Assembly: GCA_950097015.1 (NCBI GenBank)
Contig: CATNEN010000039.1
Span: 18,228,001 to 18,292,000 of the forward strand
Source: Macrostomum hystrix
Taxonomy: Eukaryota > Animalia > Platyhelminthes
DNA length: 64,000 nucleotides
Direction of reading: 5' to 3'
The translations under genes and the position numbers were made by a program. Each line of letters opens with the position of its first letter. Positions within the stretch are counted from its first letter, which is position 1. The notes under the pieces are model-generated. The model ran no database searches. It was not told where the DNA came from and saw nothing but the letters and a program-made list of their open reading frames with translations. Of the stretch, positions 53,253 through 64,000 are shown one piece after another.

Positions 53253-54104
53253 ACTCTACAATACAGAAAAATGTTTAGAATATAGTCAATTTTGTTCAAA
53301 TATGCCGAAAATCGTTAAATTTCAGCCCAGTTCGGCATTGCGGTGGCTACAGAATCAAAATTCTTCAAGTCTGACAACCCGGTACAGATAAAGGTGAACT
53401 ACAGCTCAACTATTACCAACAAGACTGGAGTAGCGTCCAAGATTCTGTGCCTGGCGCTTTGCAAGCTGCAGGGCTGCTCTGCTGTCTCCATGCAAGCAAC
53501 CGGCCTCTGCCAGTTAGTTGTTGTCAACGACGAATTCGACAGCGACTGGCCGATCGAGACTCACGTGCAGCGGCTGCTGATTCCTGGAAACGGTGCGACA
53601 GTTTGGAAAGCCGCTGACTTGGACGCCCAGCTGCAGCGGAAGCTCACTAGGGGACCACTGCCAAACATAGCGCTCACCTTTAACGGTCAGTAACAGATAT
53701 TGAGCACGAACTATCATCATGTGTTTACCTATCTTCGTCCACTTTTTAGCAATCAGCAGTGGAAGATCAGGATCGATACAGAACTGGGTCGTCAGCGTGA
53801 CTGGATGTTACTTCATCGATGCCTTCGGTGGGGCAGGAGGAAAAGGTGGATTCATTAATGCGGGAAAAGGCGCCAGCATAAGGGGCAAGTTCTACCTGAC
53901 AGTGGGCACAGCCATTAGCATTGTCGTTGGACAGAAAGGAAACGACGTTGCTGCAACTGGGACGTGCGTCGGAAGCGGCGGAGGCGGTGGCAGCTTTGTG
54001 TACACAACTGCTGACAATGAGCTGCTGCTGGCTGCTGGGGGCGCTGGCGGAGCTTCGTGCTCTGGAAGTGAGTTTTTTTTATATTTAACTAACAAATGCA
54101 CTTT

Positions 54105-54430
54105 GGGGGGGGGAAGTGGCAGAGCCAATAACGCGTTTGCGTCTCGCACCAAGGTCCCTGAGCTCGATTCCTCGGCGAGGCCACATTCATTTCGGGCGCA
54201 GCCGCGGAGAGAGGGCTTGGGGGCTTGTCGTGCAATTTACGCCCTTCAGAGCCAACCTGACAATCAGAAGTCAGGACAGATGTACACAACAGTGTGGGTG
54301 TGTGCCTACGCACAGTATCTATGTGCTTGTGTGTGCTCAGGAGTCAGCGAAATGGGCAGAATCGCTGGCTGCGGGTCTAGTGTCACCAAATGATGTGCCA
54401 TTTCCCGCAGCCCTCATGCAATTATTATAA
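54105..54430 (+). mobile_element. SINE family 1 copy (gene B intron 3)
   Basis: GGGGAAGTGGCAGAGC...GAGCTCGATTCC...CCCGCAGCCCTCATGCAAATTATTAT. Confidence 0.88.
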
Positions 54431-55711
54431 GTGAAAATATTAACTTGCAATAATTAACAAGTGAAAACGAATGAATTGTGACATTGAATTGAACCTATGA
54501 GCATATGAGCAGATAGCCGCATAAACTCATAATGCTCTTTACACCTGTTGCTCACTCAGCGGCCACCGATGGTCAGGGCGGCACCAACGGTACCGGCGCA
54601 AACGGGGGCACCTGCAGCGGTTGCGGCATCGGCGGCATCGGCGGCCAGCCTGGCGCCAACAGTCCGGATGCTGTGCCGTCGAACCGGAGTTGCCGGCAGC
54701 GGCGGTCAGAATGGTGGCGATGGCGGCTTCGGCGGCGGCGGTGGGGGAGGAGCCGGATACTTAATTCCCTTTTCCGAAGGCACCGGAGGCGGAGGCGGAG
54801 GCTACGGCGGTGGCGCAGCGGGCATCAACAAAGGCTTAGACGGTGGCGGTGGCGGTTCCTTCTGCTCCGGCCTCGAGTGCGTCGGAACGTCGGGCGGCAA
54901 CTCTGTCGCCAGCCACGGCAGAGTCACTGTACAGCTGGTTGCCTACAAGTGCTAAAATCTAAACATTTCAAACGTGAGACAGACGCTGCGTCAGATCGAT
55001 CATAATCATGTTCCAGATGAAGTTTGTGCAAGATTAGAGTTATAAACAGGATTGTTTACATTTGACACATTTGACACATTTGACACATTTGATAAATTTT
55101 TTAAGCTTAGCTTTGAAATTTTTTTATTTCTAAAATCGTGTATTTTCTAGTGTTTCACCATTAAATTAATAATCTACCCCTTTTTGACCACTTCAAATAA
55201 ATAATTCCCTTTTAGTAAATAGATTTCGCATGTTAGAAATTCTAGGGACAATATTTAATGTGGTAAAATAACTATCACAGAAATTAATAGTAAGTAATTA
55301 GTTTTTTTTTCTCTGCCTTAATAATTATGTGCTCTTTGTTATTTGCTCCTTAATGAGCCTTTTATGAATTTGCACACTGATTTTCAGTCCTCTTGCTGCA
55401 ATATCTAAGTGAGTGCAAATGTTCGTTGGTCGCGTTATTGCTAGCTAACTGCTGTAAAATGCGGAAATTTAATTAACCAAGAATTATAAGACCTGCCAAT
55501 TTTGGTTTTGTTAAAATTTTGGTTTACACAGAGTCGATAGACCAACTAGAGTTGCATACTTCTCTATTCCGGAATATTATTTTATAAAATAAATACAAAC
55601 GTACTTTCAAGAAGTTAAAATAATCGAAACGCAATTTAGTCTCAGTTATTTAGAACCGCGACAATATTTAGCACCGGCGCCGTGACCAATCAGCATATGA
55701 AACTATGAAAG

Positions 55712-56073
55712 CGGCACCCGTGGAAGTGGCGTCCCCGTGGAAGTGGCGTCCCCGTGGAAGTGGCGTCGCCTGGCGTCCCCGTGGAAGTGGCGTCGCCTGG
55801 CGTCCCCGTGGAAGTGGCGTCGCCTGGCGTCCCCGTGGAAGTGGCGTCGCCTGGCGTCCCCGTGGAAGTGGCGTCGCCTGGCGTCCCCGTGGAAGTGGCG
55901 TCGCCTGGCGTCCCCGTGGAAGTGGCGTCCCCGTGGAAGTGGCATACCCATGGAAGTGGCGCCCCCCTGCATGTAGTGGCGCCCCCGTAGAAGTGTCGCC
56001 CCCCCTGGAAGTGTCATACCCGTGGTAGTGGCGCGGCGGCCCTTCTAGATAAAAAATCCTGGATTAGCCACTG
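55712..56073. repeat. 27-bp GC-rich tandem repeat ending in an orphan hAT-like terminus
   Basis: About 7 units of GGCGTCCCCGTGGAAGTGGCGTCGCCT, then AAAAAATCCTGGATTAGCCACTG. No matching left end seen. Confidence 0.75.
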
Positions 56074-57702
56074 ACAACTGGTCCGGTGGGCCGACCTCTC
56101 AGAACTCTACAAGTACGAAAAGAAACACCTCCCATTGCCTTGAAGCTGTACTAATACGCCTGGCACACTAAGAAATGAAAGTACCACTCAGAAAGTATGT
56201 TTTCAGACTTAACGAACTTGACGAACGAAGACATGTTCCTAAGCCACTCCGCGCGGTGGAATCCGCGGACAAGTGAAATCGAAACTCGACACTCTCAAGA
56301 ACTGGCCAGCTCCGCGTGACGTCGCTGCGCTGAGGCGATTCCAGGGTTTAGATTTCAGTAATGGGTTTTTATCGTCGCTTAATCCAACCATTGGGTGAAA
56401 CCGCCACTCCATTACAGGATCTACTCACTACGGTCGGACCCGATCCTTCCAATTGAGCGAGCGCGACTCACCAGAGAGCTTTCGATAATTATTTTTTTCT
56501 TCTCTCACATTCAGAACCAGATCCACGCAAATCAATGGGTCACGTGTGCATTAACAGTGGAACTACGAAGCCATTTTGCCGCCTGTTTTTAGGAAGGGGG
56601 AAAATTAATTGAGCTGCACCCAAATGGAGCAACGCAAGTACATGAAGCTCAGAAAAACGGGCCAGCTTTTTTTGCTGCACATCTTCTGAATCAAGTCGCC
56701 AGCCCTTCAGACCGTCAAGATACTCAACGGTTCTGGCTGAAGGCCAAATTTTCCCATAAGAGCTAGTCTATTTCATACCACTAACACGAATTCGCACTGC
56801 GCCTCAGTGCGTCCTTGCCAGGCCTTCAAACTTTATCAGCATGTCACTCGAATGTGCGTACTTCATCTCCGACTTCGGTGGTCACTGACCTTTATATAGA
56901 CGTGGCAAAGTCAAAATTTGAGTTACTTGTGAAACATCCACGACCCGTAGTTCCGGTCTCCATGCGCCGATCTCTTCCGTAACACTTCCATCGACTCAGT
57001 CACTATGCGTTTCAAATGACAGTCAAATCATTTCAATCATTCCTGGTGTGACATCAATATTCGCAAGGACATAAAACAGTACTGCAGGACGACCGTCAAA
57101 AGTCGACTGTCATATGACGGCAGCCAGCGCAGCCGTCAACCTCCCTGACGAAACAGGAATCAGCCCTCATATATTATCCACTTTCATCCACGTGCCTATC
57201 GACAATTTTATCTCTCGTGAGCATATAGCTCGTATATTGATTAATAGCTCCAAATAATCAATATCATGCATATCACGCGTCAGTATCACTCAGACCCAGC
57301 CTTCAGTGTGGTGACTTATTATAAGAAATTATAGTAATTTCTAGTAATTCCTACGTAAATTAATAACTAAACTTCACGCGCGAATGTACCAAAAAGTTTT
57401 CTAGAATTTCGAATTTTCTAGAATTTCTGAATATTTTTGTAAATCAATATAATAGACCTGTTAGGCCAAATCCTTTAAGAGTTCTACAACCTCGACAATT
57501 CAAACTCATATCATTATTTTAATTTTACTGAGATTAGTAACACTGCGTATTCTCATTATAGAAGTGTTGAGAATCATGCACTCCACCTGAAGTAACGAGT
57601 GTACTTTAATTTATTTTCTTTTGAGTCTTGCCCTTCTTACTCTGCATTGGTCGTCGGATTCTCTCACTTCTATCGTGATTGGCTCTTTCCCTCTTTTGCT
57701 GT

Positions 57703-57922
57703 TGCCCACCCCCCCCCGCCGTCGCCCAGCCCCGCCGTCGCCCACCCCCCGCCGTCGCCTACCCCCGCCGTCGCACAACCCCCGCCGTCGCCCACCCCCC
57801 GCCGTCGCCCACCCCCCGCCGTCGCCTACCCCCGCCGTCGCACAACCCCCGCCGTCGCCTACCCCCGCCGTCGCACAACCCCCGCCGTCGCCCACCCCCG
57901 CCGTCGCCCAACCCGCCGTCGC
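57703..57922. repeat. GC-rich tandem repeat, about 17-19 bp unit (CCCCCGCCGTCGCCCA)
   Basis: Directly visible tandem array. Confidence 0.9.
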
Positions 57923-57954
57923 TCAATATTACGCAATTACTATTGTAGATCAAC

Positions 57955-58270
57955 AATGTGCGTTGGCGCTGGGGCGTTAGACCTTGCGGGGGGTGGCTGG
58001 GGGGGCGGGTGTACACCGCCGCGCGCTCATCTGGATTTCCGTCAGCGCGATTGGATAAAGTGTACACTCGTCACCCGCCCCCCCCTGAGGACTGATTTCT
58101 ATCAGCCTTCCGCCCCGGCTTGGTCTGCTCTGTGCGTGTGAGGTGCCTGCTCAGGGGAGGCGGCGCGATGGGCGCGGCTCTCGCCTAGTTCGCCGGCCTG
58201 GGGGCATGCCGTTCCTGTGTTTATGCGTCAAGTGCCCCAGGCCCCCCTGCAAAGTAAGTAAGTAAGTAAT
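57955..58270 (+). mobile_element. 5'-truncated non-LTR retroelement/SINE with (TAAG)n tail and 14-bp TSD
   Basis: TATTGTAGATCAAC at 57941-57954 and 58271-58284. Tail AAGTAAGTAAGTAAGTAA. Second copy at 43629-43860. Confidence 0.85.
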
Positions 58271-59542
58271 TATTGTAGATCAACTTAAATTAAATCCGGG
58301 AAAGGAATAAATGAACAAGATGGGCCGATAAATCGATGAGCAGCATTAATAAGTAGGATTAAGCAGGAAAAGTATTTTGTATTTCTATGTGTTTGAGTGT
58401 AGCGAGAATATGAAGTATTTGAAGCGATCATATGTGACTTCGAGCCACGTACATTGCAGAGGCTGCAGCTCAGACTTTTAGCGCGTAATTTTTTAAAATA
58501 AAACCTATTGATGCTTGTCGTATGGCTTCAGCTGGCCAAGCAGATAAGCTCTGCTTTTTTATCAGAACTCTCAGTTTGGAACCGCATTTTTTATTACATT
58601 GTGTCATGCTGCTGCCTGCTCATTGTGTTTCAGGAATTTTAAAGTCGCATCGTGGTGATTTTGGGATTACCCCAGGACCTCATAAAGAGTGGCAGAAATA
58701 AAATATTGCTAAAGTGGACCTGCTTTAGGAACTTAACTGGACTTACTTACAGTAGTATAGTTTCTCTCGCGCTTTGCATGGCATTTAATTCAACTGATTA
58801 ATTTAAGCTATTACAGTGAAAATTGTTTGAAAAAAATATTCTTATTCTATATAATAGATAGGTTCTTCTCACTAGGAGAATGTTTTCACAGTTAGCATGT
58901 TGCTGGACGTTGCCGTTTCCGTCAGGGGCTTGGTCGTGGACACTGCCTTGTCGTTGCGACGGAAGGCTAAACCTCGTCACCGGCTCCCGTTGGTGGCCTG
59001 CGGCGGGAGAACGAAAGTGCCTGGTCTACAGCTAAGGCTGAGGGACCTGTGCCCTCTCCACCACACAGTCAGGAGGGCGGTCTGACCGTCCAGTTTGGTG
59101 ATAAGGCCACGACGTCTTGGATGATTCTGGCGTGGACTGGCTCCGGAGGGAGGATAATACGAGCGTTTTAATAATATTGATTGCAGGAGGGCTGTATTGA
59201 CGATTGCTTGTTATGACAAAATCTGCCTGTTATAAAAATAAATTCCTGTTATGAGAGTAATTGCATGTTTTAAAGATGTAGGATCTGTGCAACTGCCATA
59301 AGTCCGTAGTGTCCAGTTCTGTCCGGTACAATTCTGTTTTAGCTATAGACTCTAATTGGATGTTGAGTGCAACTTACTGCATCACATTCCTATATATAGA
59401 ATATTGTGGGGCCAATATATTAAGTAGTCAGCTTGAAGACTTGTTTCAGTCGTATATGACTTCAGTAGATATTGTCAGCCAATTGTTTGATAGTCATTTA
59501 ATATAGTCACGAAACAGAGCGTATATTTTTCAAATAACTTCT

Positions 59543-61675
59543 ATGGGATCGCACCTTCGATTAGGCATTGTTTTGGGCTGTCTAATCCAGCTGACTGCTG
59601 CCTACGGCATGGGTGAGAGCCAAGCCATTCTTATTATTCTATTGTACTCTGCAATATATTCATAACCGAATACTTCCAGACTTTAGTGCGGACACAGTCT
59701 CTACTGTGCATGTGAGCGCTAATTCTACAATCAACAACACGAGCTCAGTGCTCAGTCTGGATGCTCGCAGCGACATCGAGTGCTCCGTGCACTGCAGTAG
59801 GCTCGAGAACAGCAACAGCAGCGGCTGCAAGTCCTGGGCCTTCTCCGCCGTCACTGGACGCTGCTTTTTATCGGAGTTTCGAACGTACGACTTCGCCGCC
59901 CTGACGACTGGAGCTGTGACTTTCCGCACCCCATTTTGGCCAGGTAAAACTCGAATTAGCTTTCACTTTATGCAACATTTAGCTCGTATGCCATTCAACA
60001 TTATCGCCATACTCTTCAAAGAATGCATGTAACGCTTCTAATTATTTAGTATGTGTCGCTATTCTCCAGCGATTTGCGTCACTGTTATAACATGTTTATG
60101 TAATGCTTCCTAGTGTTTTATAATGAACGTGTAACATTTTTCCCATTTCTCTCACAATTGGAACATGAATGGGGGTTTGGGTAGCAGAGCGGTAGACACG
60201 TTTGCCTCTCGCACCAATGTCCCTAAGCTCGACTCAGTGGCGAGGCCACATTCATTTGGCCTTCATCGGGGCTTTTGAATAGTAACAAAAATAGACAATG
60301 TGTCAATGTCCTTGGGGTGAGTGGCAGAGCGGTAAACGCGTTTGCCTCTCGCACCAAGGTCCCTGAGCTCGATTCCAATGTGAGGCCACATTAATTTGGG
60401 GCGCAGCCGCGGAGAGAAGGCTTGGGGGCTTGTCGTGCAATTCACGCCCTTGAGGGCCAACCTCCAAGGCACAATGAGAGTGTAGACTGCGTGACAATGA
60501 TAAAGCCAGGGCAGATGTACTCGCTTGTGTGAGCGTGTGCCTGCGTGCAGTATCAATGTGCTTGTGTGTGCTCAGGAGTCAGCAAAATGAGCAGAATCGC
60601 TGGCTGCCAGTCTAGTGTCACCAGATGATGTTCCATTGCCTGTATCCCTCCTGAAATTTGAATTATTTTTATTATTGTTTAACGCCTAAACTTTTATAAT
60701 TTTATTGACAAATCTTTCAACCCGCTCAATCCAATTCATCGCAGCAGTCGCACCGACCTTTGGACCGCACCAGAATACACCTGGCCAGTGCAATGTTATT
60801 GTTGGAAGCCGCTCGTTCTGCGTCATTCAACAGCGGACTAGCGACAGTGTCAGTTTTGCTCGCACCTGGGCTGAATACGAGAACGGCTTTGGCGTGACTG
60901 GCAGCTTCTGGGTTGGTAAGCTAGAGAAGTTGCAATCTAATTTCTACCATCTCTGGCTTAGATTAAGCGTCTTGTCCAGGGACATAGAAATTTTCTGCTG
61001 TGATTAGTTTCGAAGTTCAGTTCAACCTGCGATCAAGAGCAGTGAGCGTACACTATCTGATAATGAAAACTCGGCGCAGGTGTACACACTGATGATGTAC
61101 TCACTGTGTGTGTGCTCAGTGGTCAGCATAATGGGCAGAGCTGCCTCCTCTTTTTCAGCTTGCCAAACATATTTAATTAAAAGGTGTAAAACAGCTGTGA
61201 CAATTCACTGGGCTGTGTGTCGAATCCTTTGTTCACCTCAGGACTGAAGAAAATTCGCACCATGACCGCATCGGCTCCGCGCCTGTTCCGCATGGAAGCA
61301 GTCAACCTGCAGAATGACATGCTTTACGTCGCCGAGTACTCAAGTTTCTCCGTTGCCGACGCAAGCGACGGGTATCGGCTGAGTATCAGCGGCTATCTAT
61401 CTGGCAGCTCCAACACCACCGGTGACGCATTCAGTTACAATGACAATCAGCAGTTCTCCACAATGGACGCTGGCCCCGGGTCTAGCTGCTCGAGGGCAGA
61501 CGGAAACGCTGGTTGGTGGTTCATCAGCTGCACCTATGTGAATCCGAACGGCCATTTTGATCTATCGCAAGTTAACAACAATGTCGATAATGAGTCCATC
61601 ATGCAGTGGAAGTTCGCTGCGCCCGATTCGAACAGGAGAATGCTCAAGAGCATCCGCCTAATGCTGCAAATGTGA
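59543..61675 (+). CDS. Secreted fibrinogen-related protein: signal peptide + PAN/apple module + fibrinogen C-terminal domain
   Basis: Exons 59543-59612 (MGSHLRLGIVLGCLIQLTAAYGM), 59680-59943 (SDIECSVHC...CKSWAF...GRCFLS), 60745/60748-60915 (VIQQRT..SVSFARTWAEYENGFG..GSFWV) and 61242-61675 (YSSFSV, YRLSI.GY, FSTMD, AGWWF..C..NPNG). All introns are phase 1. Confidence 0.9.
60171..60678 (+). mobile_element. SINE family 1: head-only copy (60171-60262) plus full copy (60314-60678)
   Basis: Two successive GGCAGAGCGGTA...GCCTCTCGCACCAA...CTCGA heads in intron 2 of the fibrinogen-domain gene. Confidence 0.85.
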
Positions 61676-62029
61676 TCACCAGCAAGATCTTTGCGCGAAT
61701 GCCAAAACCTAAAAACAAATTGTTCCCGCTCGAATATGATGTTTTAGCTATACAAAGTTAAAAAAACATGAGCCAGTTGCAGAGATTTTACAAATCTACA
61801 GGTTTAAGCAACATACCCCACTGATGCGCGGAGAAACGAAAATTTTTTCTGAATGACCTATTTTTAGGGCGTCAGAATAAGAAGACGGTCAACAACAAGG
61901 CAAATCATGCTTTTAATTTCGGGTGCAGCCGTGGATATCAGGCCTGTCAGGGCCATTCCACCAAAATCACAGTAAGAGTGTGCACTGTCTAACGATGAGA
62001 GGGTCAAGGCAGATGTACACACATACACA

Positions 62030-62325
62030 GAGGTTGTGGCCTTCTGGTTAGAGCGTCGGACTCACGACTTGAAGGTTGGGGGTTCGACTCTCAACTCCAC
62101 TAAAACAATTTGTGTCCTTTAGCAAGACACTTAACTCTGCATTGCTTCAGTTCACCCAGGTGTTCAATGGGTACCAGCATTAGCTGAGGTAATTGAGGGT
62201 GGGTGTGGCGTCCCCCCAGTCCATGGACTGAGCAGCAGTACGCGGTCTTCAGATGCGCCGCCTAATAGCTGCGGCTGTGCTGTTGGCTGGACATCGGGCC
62301 CAATCTGCCCAGGTGTGATAAATGA
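62030..62325 (+). mobile_element. SINE family 2 (CORE-like), full-length
   Basis: GAGGTTGTGGCCTTCTGGTTAGAGCG...GGTTCGACTC...TGTGTCCTTTAGCAAGACACTTAACTC. Directly follows a family 1 fragment (about 61915-62025). Confidence 0.88.
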
Positions 62326-62369
62326 TTTTATCTTAGTAAGTATAAGTTATATTATTATCAATATAAGTT

Positions 62370-64000
62370 ATAGCATAACGTAAATCAAAATGACCAAAAG
62401 GCTTTTTAGCCACTCATACGGACTTGAGTTACTTGACTTAGCTGCATGGCGCTCCCATAGAGGGACGCAGCGGGAAGGCGGTGCCGCCCATTCCGCTGGT
62501 CCCTGAACGACCGACGCACCGTCAAGGACGAGGAGTTGGCGTCGCCCAGGGAGGTCCCTCGGAGACACTCTCCGCAGCCACGTCGCTCCCTGGAAGAGGG
62601 AGTTCAGCTCTGCGGGTGGCCCGAAGGTAGCGCATGAGCTGATTGAAGTTTTCGTGTTTACATGCTTCCTGGATGGAAGTGTGTGGCCCAAGATAGGTAA
62701 TTCTGTCCCGCATGAAGGCGCGGAGAAAGTCCTGCCCAGACAGGGTCATAGTGGCCGCTCGGATGTCCTTGCGCGGGAGACGCAGAAGGAGGTTCCGGAG
62801 TTGGCGGGAGGGCTGCGGAACAGCCTCTCTAGATTGCCTGCAGGTGTTGCAGTTCGCCCAGAGCGAGTAGTGCTGAGTTTTCACCCACGCTTTGATGCGT
62901 GAGTTGATGACAGTTTGGGACCGGAACCAGAGGTTCGGGTCCCCAGGAGGATCCAGCGGCGCCGGCTTTCGCTAGAGCGTCAGCCAGCTCGTTGCCCTGA
63001 AATCCCTCGTGCCCGGGCACCCATTTAAGGGTGACCTTGTTGGTGGAGGCCAATATGTTGAGATGCTTGATACAGTCAAGGACTGTTGCCGAGCCAATGC
63101 AGCGACTGCCCATGGCATAGCGCTGCCTGACTGTCAGAGTGTAAGATGATATCCTTACCTTTCACGCCAGTAGCGAGCAGCTCTCCAGAGCAGGAGCTGA
63201 TGGCAAGGACCTCATTGACGCCAGTGTATTGGGCGTGGGTTGCAACCAGCTGCTCATTGTGAAAGATGCAGACACCGAAACCGGTGTTCTTTGACTGTTT
63301 GGATCCATCTGTGTAGCAATGAAGTTCACTGCGGTTCCAGCTGTCATTGATTTTGTCGCGCGGATCGATGACTACGTCGTAGCCTTGTCTCGCGTTCGGT
63401 CTCAAGGCGATGTTATCTGTGAGGACATAATGGGCATCGCACTTGTTGAGGATCTTGAGGCAAAGATCGCTGTGAGGGATAATTTTCCTCTTAGCGAATG
63501 CTCTCATATACTTGAACTTGACGCCCGCATCAAGCAGACGCCTAGTCGACTTGGCAGCTTCGCCTCTGGTAAAGATGTCCATAGGTGGAAGATCAAAGAA
63601 GGCCGCCATACCAGCAAAGGGTGTTGATCTGGTGGCGTTGCAGATCAGTCGACATGCCCTTCCCTGGACCGTGTTGAGCAGATCAGCATGACTCTTGACC
63701 TGGGTAGCGCTGACCCGATCAAGTTTGCAGGTAATACTCCGGAACTTCTGGATCTTCGCCGCCTCGCGAAGGAGTATTGGGTAGGTGCCATCAGGTCCCG
63801 GAGACTTGAAAGGTTTGAAGGTCCTAACGGCACGAGCAATTAGGTCTTCATTGATGATGCTTGTCGCCAGGATGTCGCCTTCCAGCGAGTGGTTTGGCTC
63901 CATGTTGGCTGTGGGAACCGGTGGGAAGAAACTGCCTAGCATGCGTTGGAGTACTCCCTGCGGTTCTTTGGTGAGAGAGCCATCATCATTCTTGATCACG
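62370..64000 (-). mobile_element. Degenerate RNase H-containing LINE (LOA/I-group-like) with internally deleted RT
   Basis: KSPGPDG pre-RT motif is joined directly to post-RT VQGRACRLI...STP. RNase H motifs YTDGSK, SDSQAAL and WVPGH.G..GNELADALAK are split by frameshifts. Continues past the window edge. Confidence 0.85.

Larger units (their letters stand above)
52847..54955 (+). pseudogene. Secreted protein B, paralog of A, with a frameshifting deletion in the last exon
   Basis: Exons 52847-52898, 53326-53685 (SKILCLALCKLQGC...LCQLVVVNDE...WPIETHVQRLL...PLPNI), 53750-54067 and 54560-54955, with the same phase-1 introns as A. The frame switches near 54683, where the GGSGAGW...GG segment of A is missing. 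Confidence 0.78.

Overview
Eukaryotic (animal) genomic DNA with GC-rich exons, AT-rich introns and GT-AG splicing. Roughly a fifth to a quarter of the window is 19-69 bp minisatellite arrays. These traits, plus one gene that appears to need a trans-spliced ATG, suggest a free-living flatworm such as Macrostomum (inference only). Spliced genes reconstructed by hand: GHITM/TMBIM5 (+), a rhodopsin-class peptide-receptor-like GPCR (+), a 3-exon globin mostly missed by the ORF track (+), GPR89/GPHR (-), a clan-3 cytochrome P450 with a Tyr-position TAA (+), two tandem secreted genes combining a PAN/apple-like module with an ALK/LTK-type glycine-rich domain (+; the second is frameshifted), and a secreted PAN + fibrinogen C-terminal domain gene (+). 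Mobile DNA: a MULE transposase relic, two 9-bp-TSD MITEs, two 8-bp-TSD hAT-like MITEs, one intact and one truncated mariner, two tRNA-derived SINE families (one CORE-like), non-LTR fragments and an RNase H LINE lacking its RT core. Most worth following up: the cluster of three secreted genes sharing a phase 1-1 PAN exon, the possible spliced-leader-donated start codon, a minimal hammerhead ribozyme candidate and an HDV-like ribozyme candidate.
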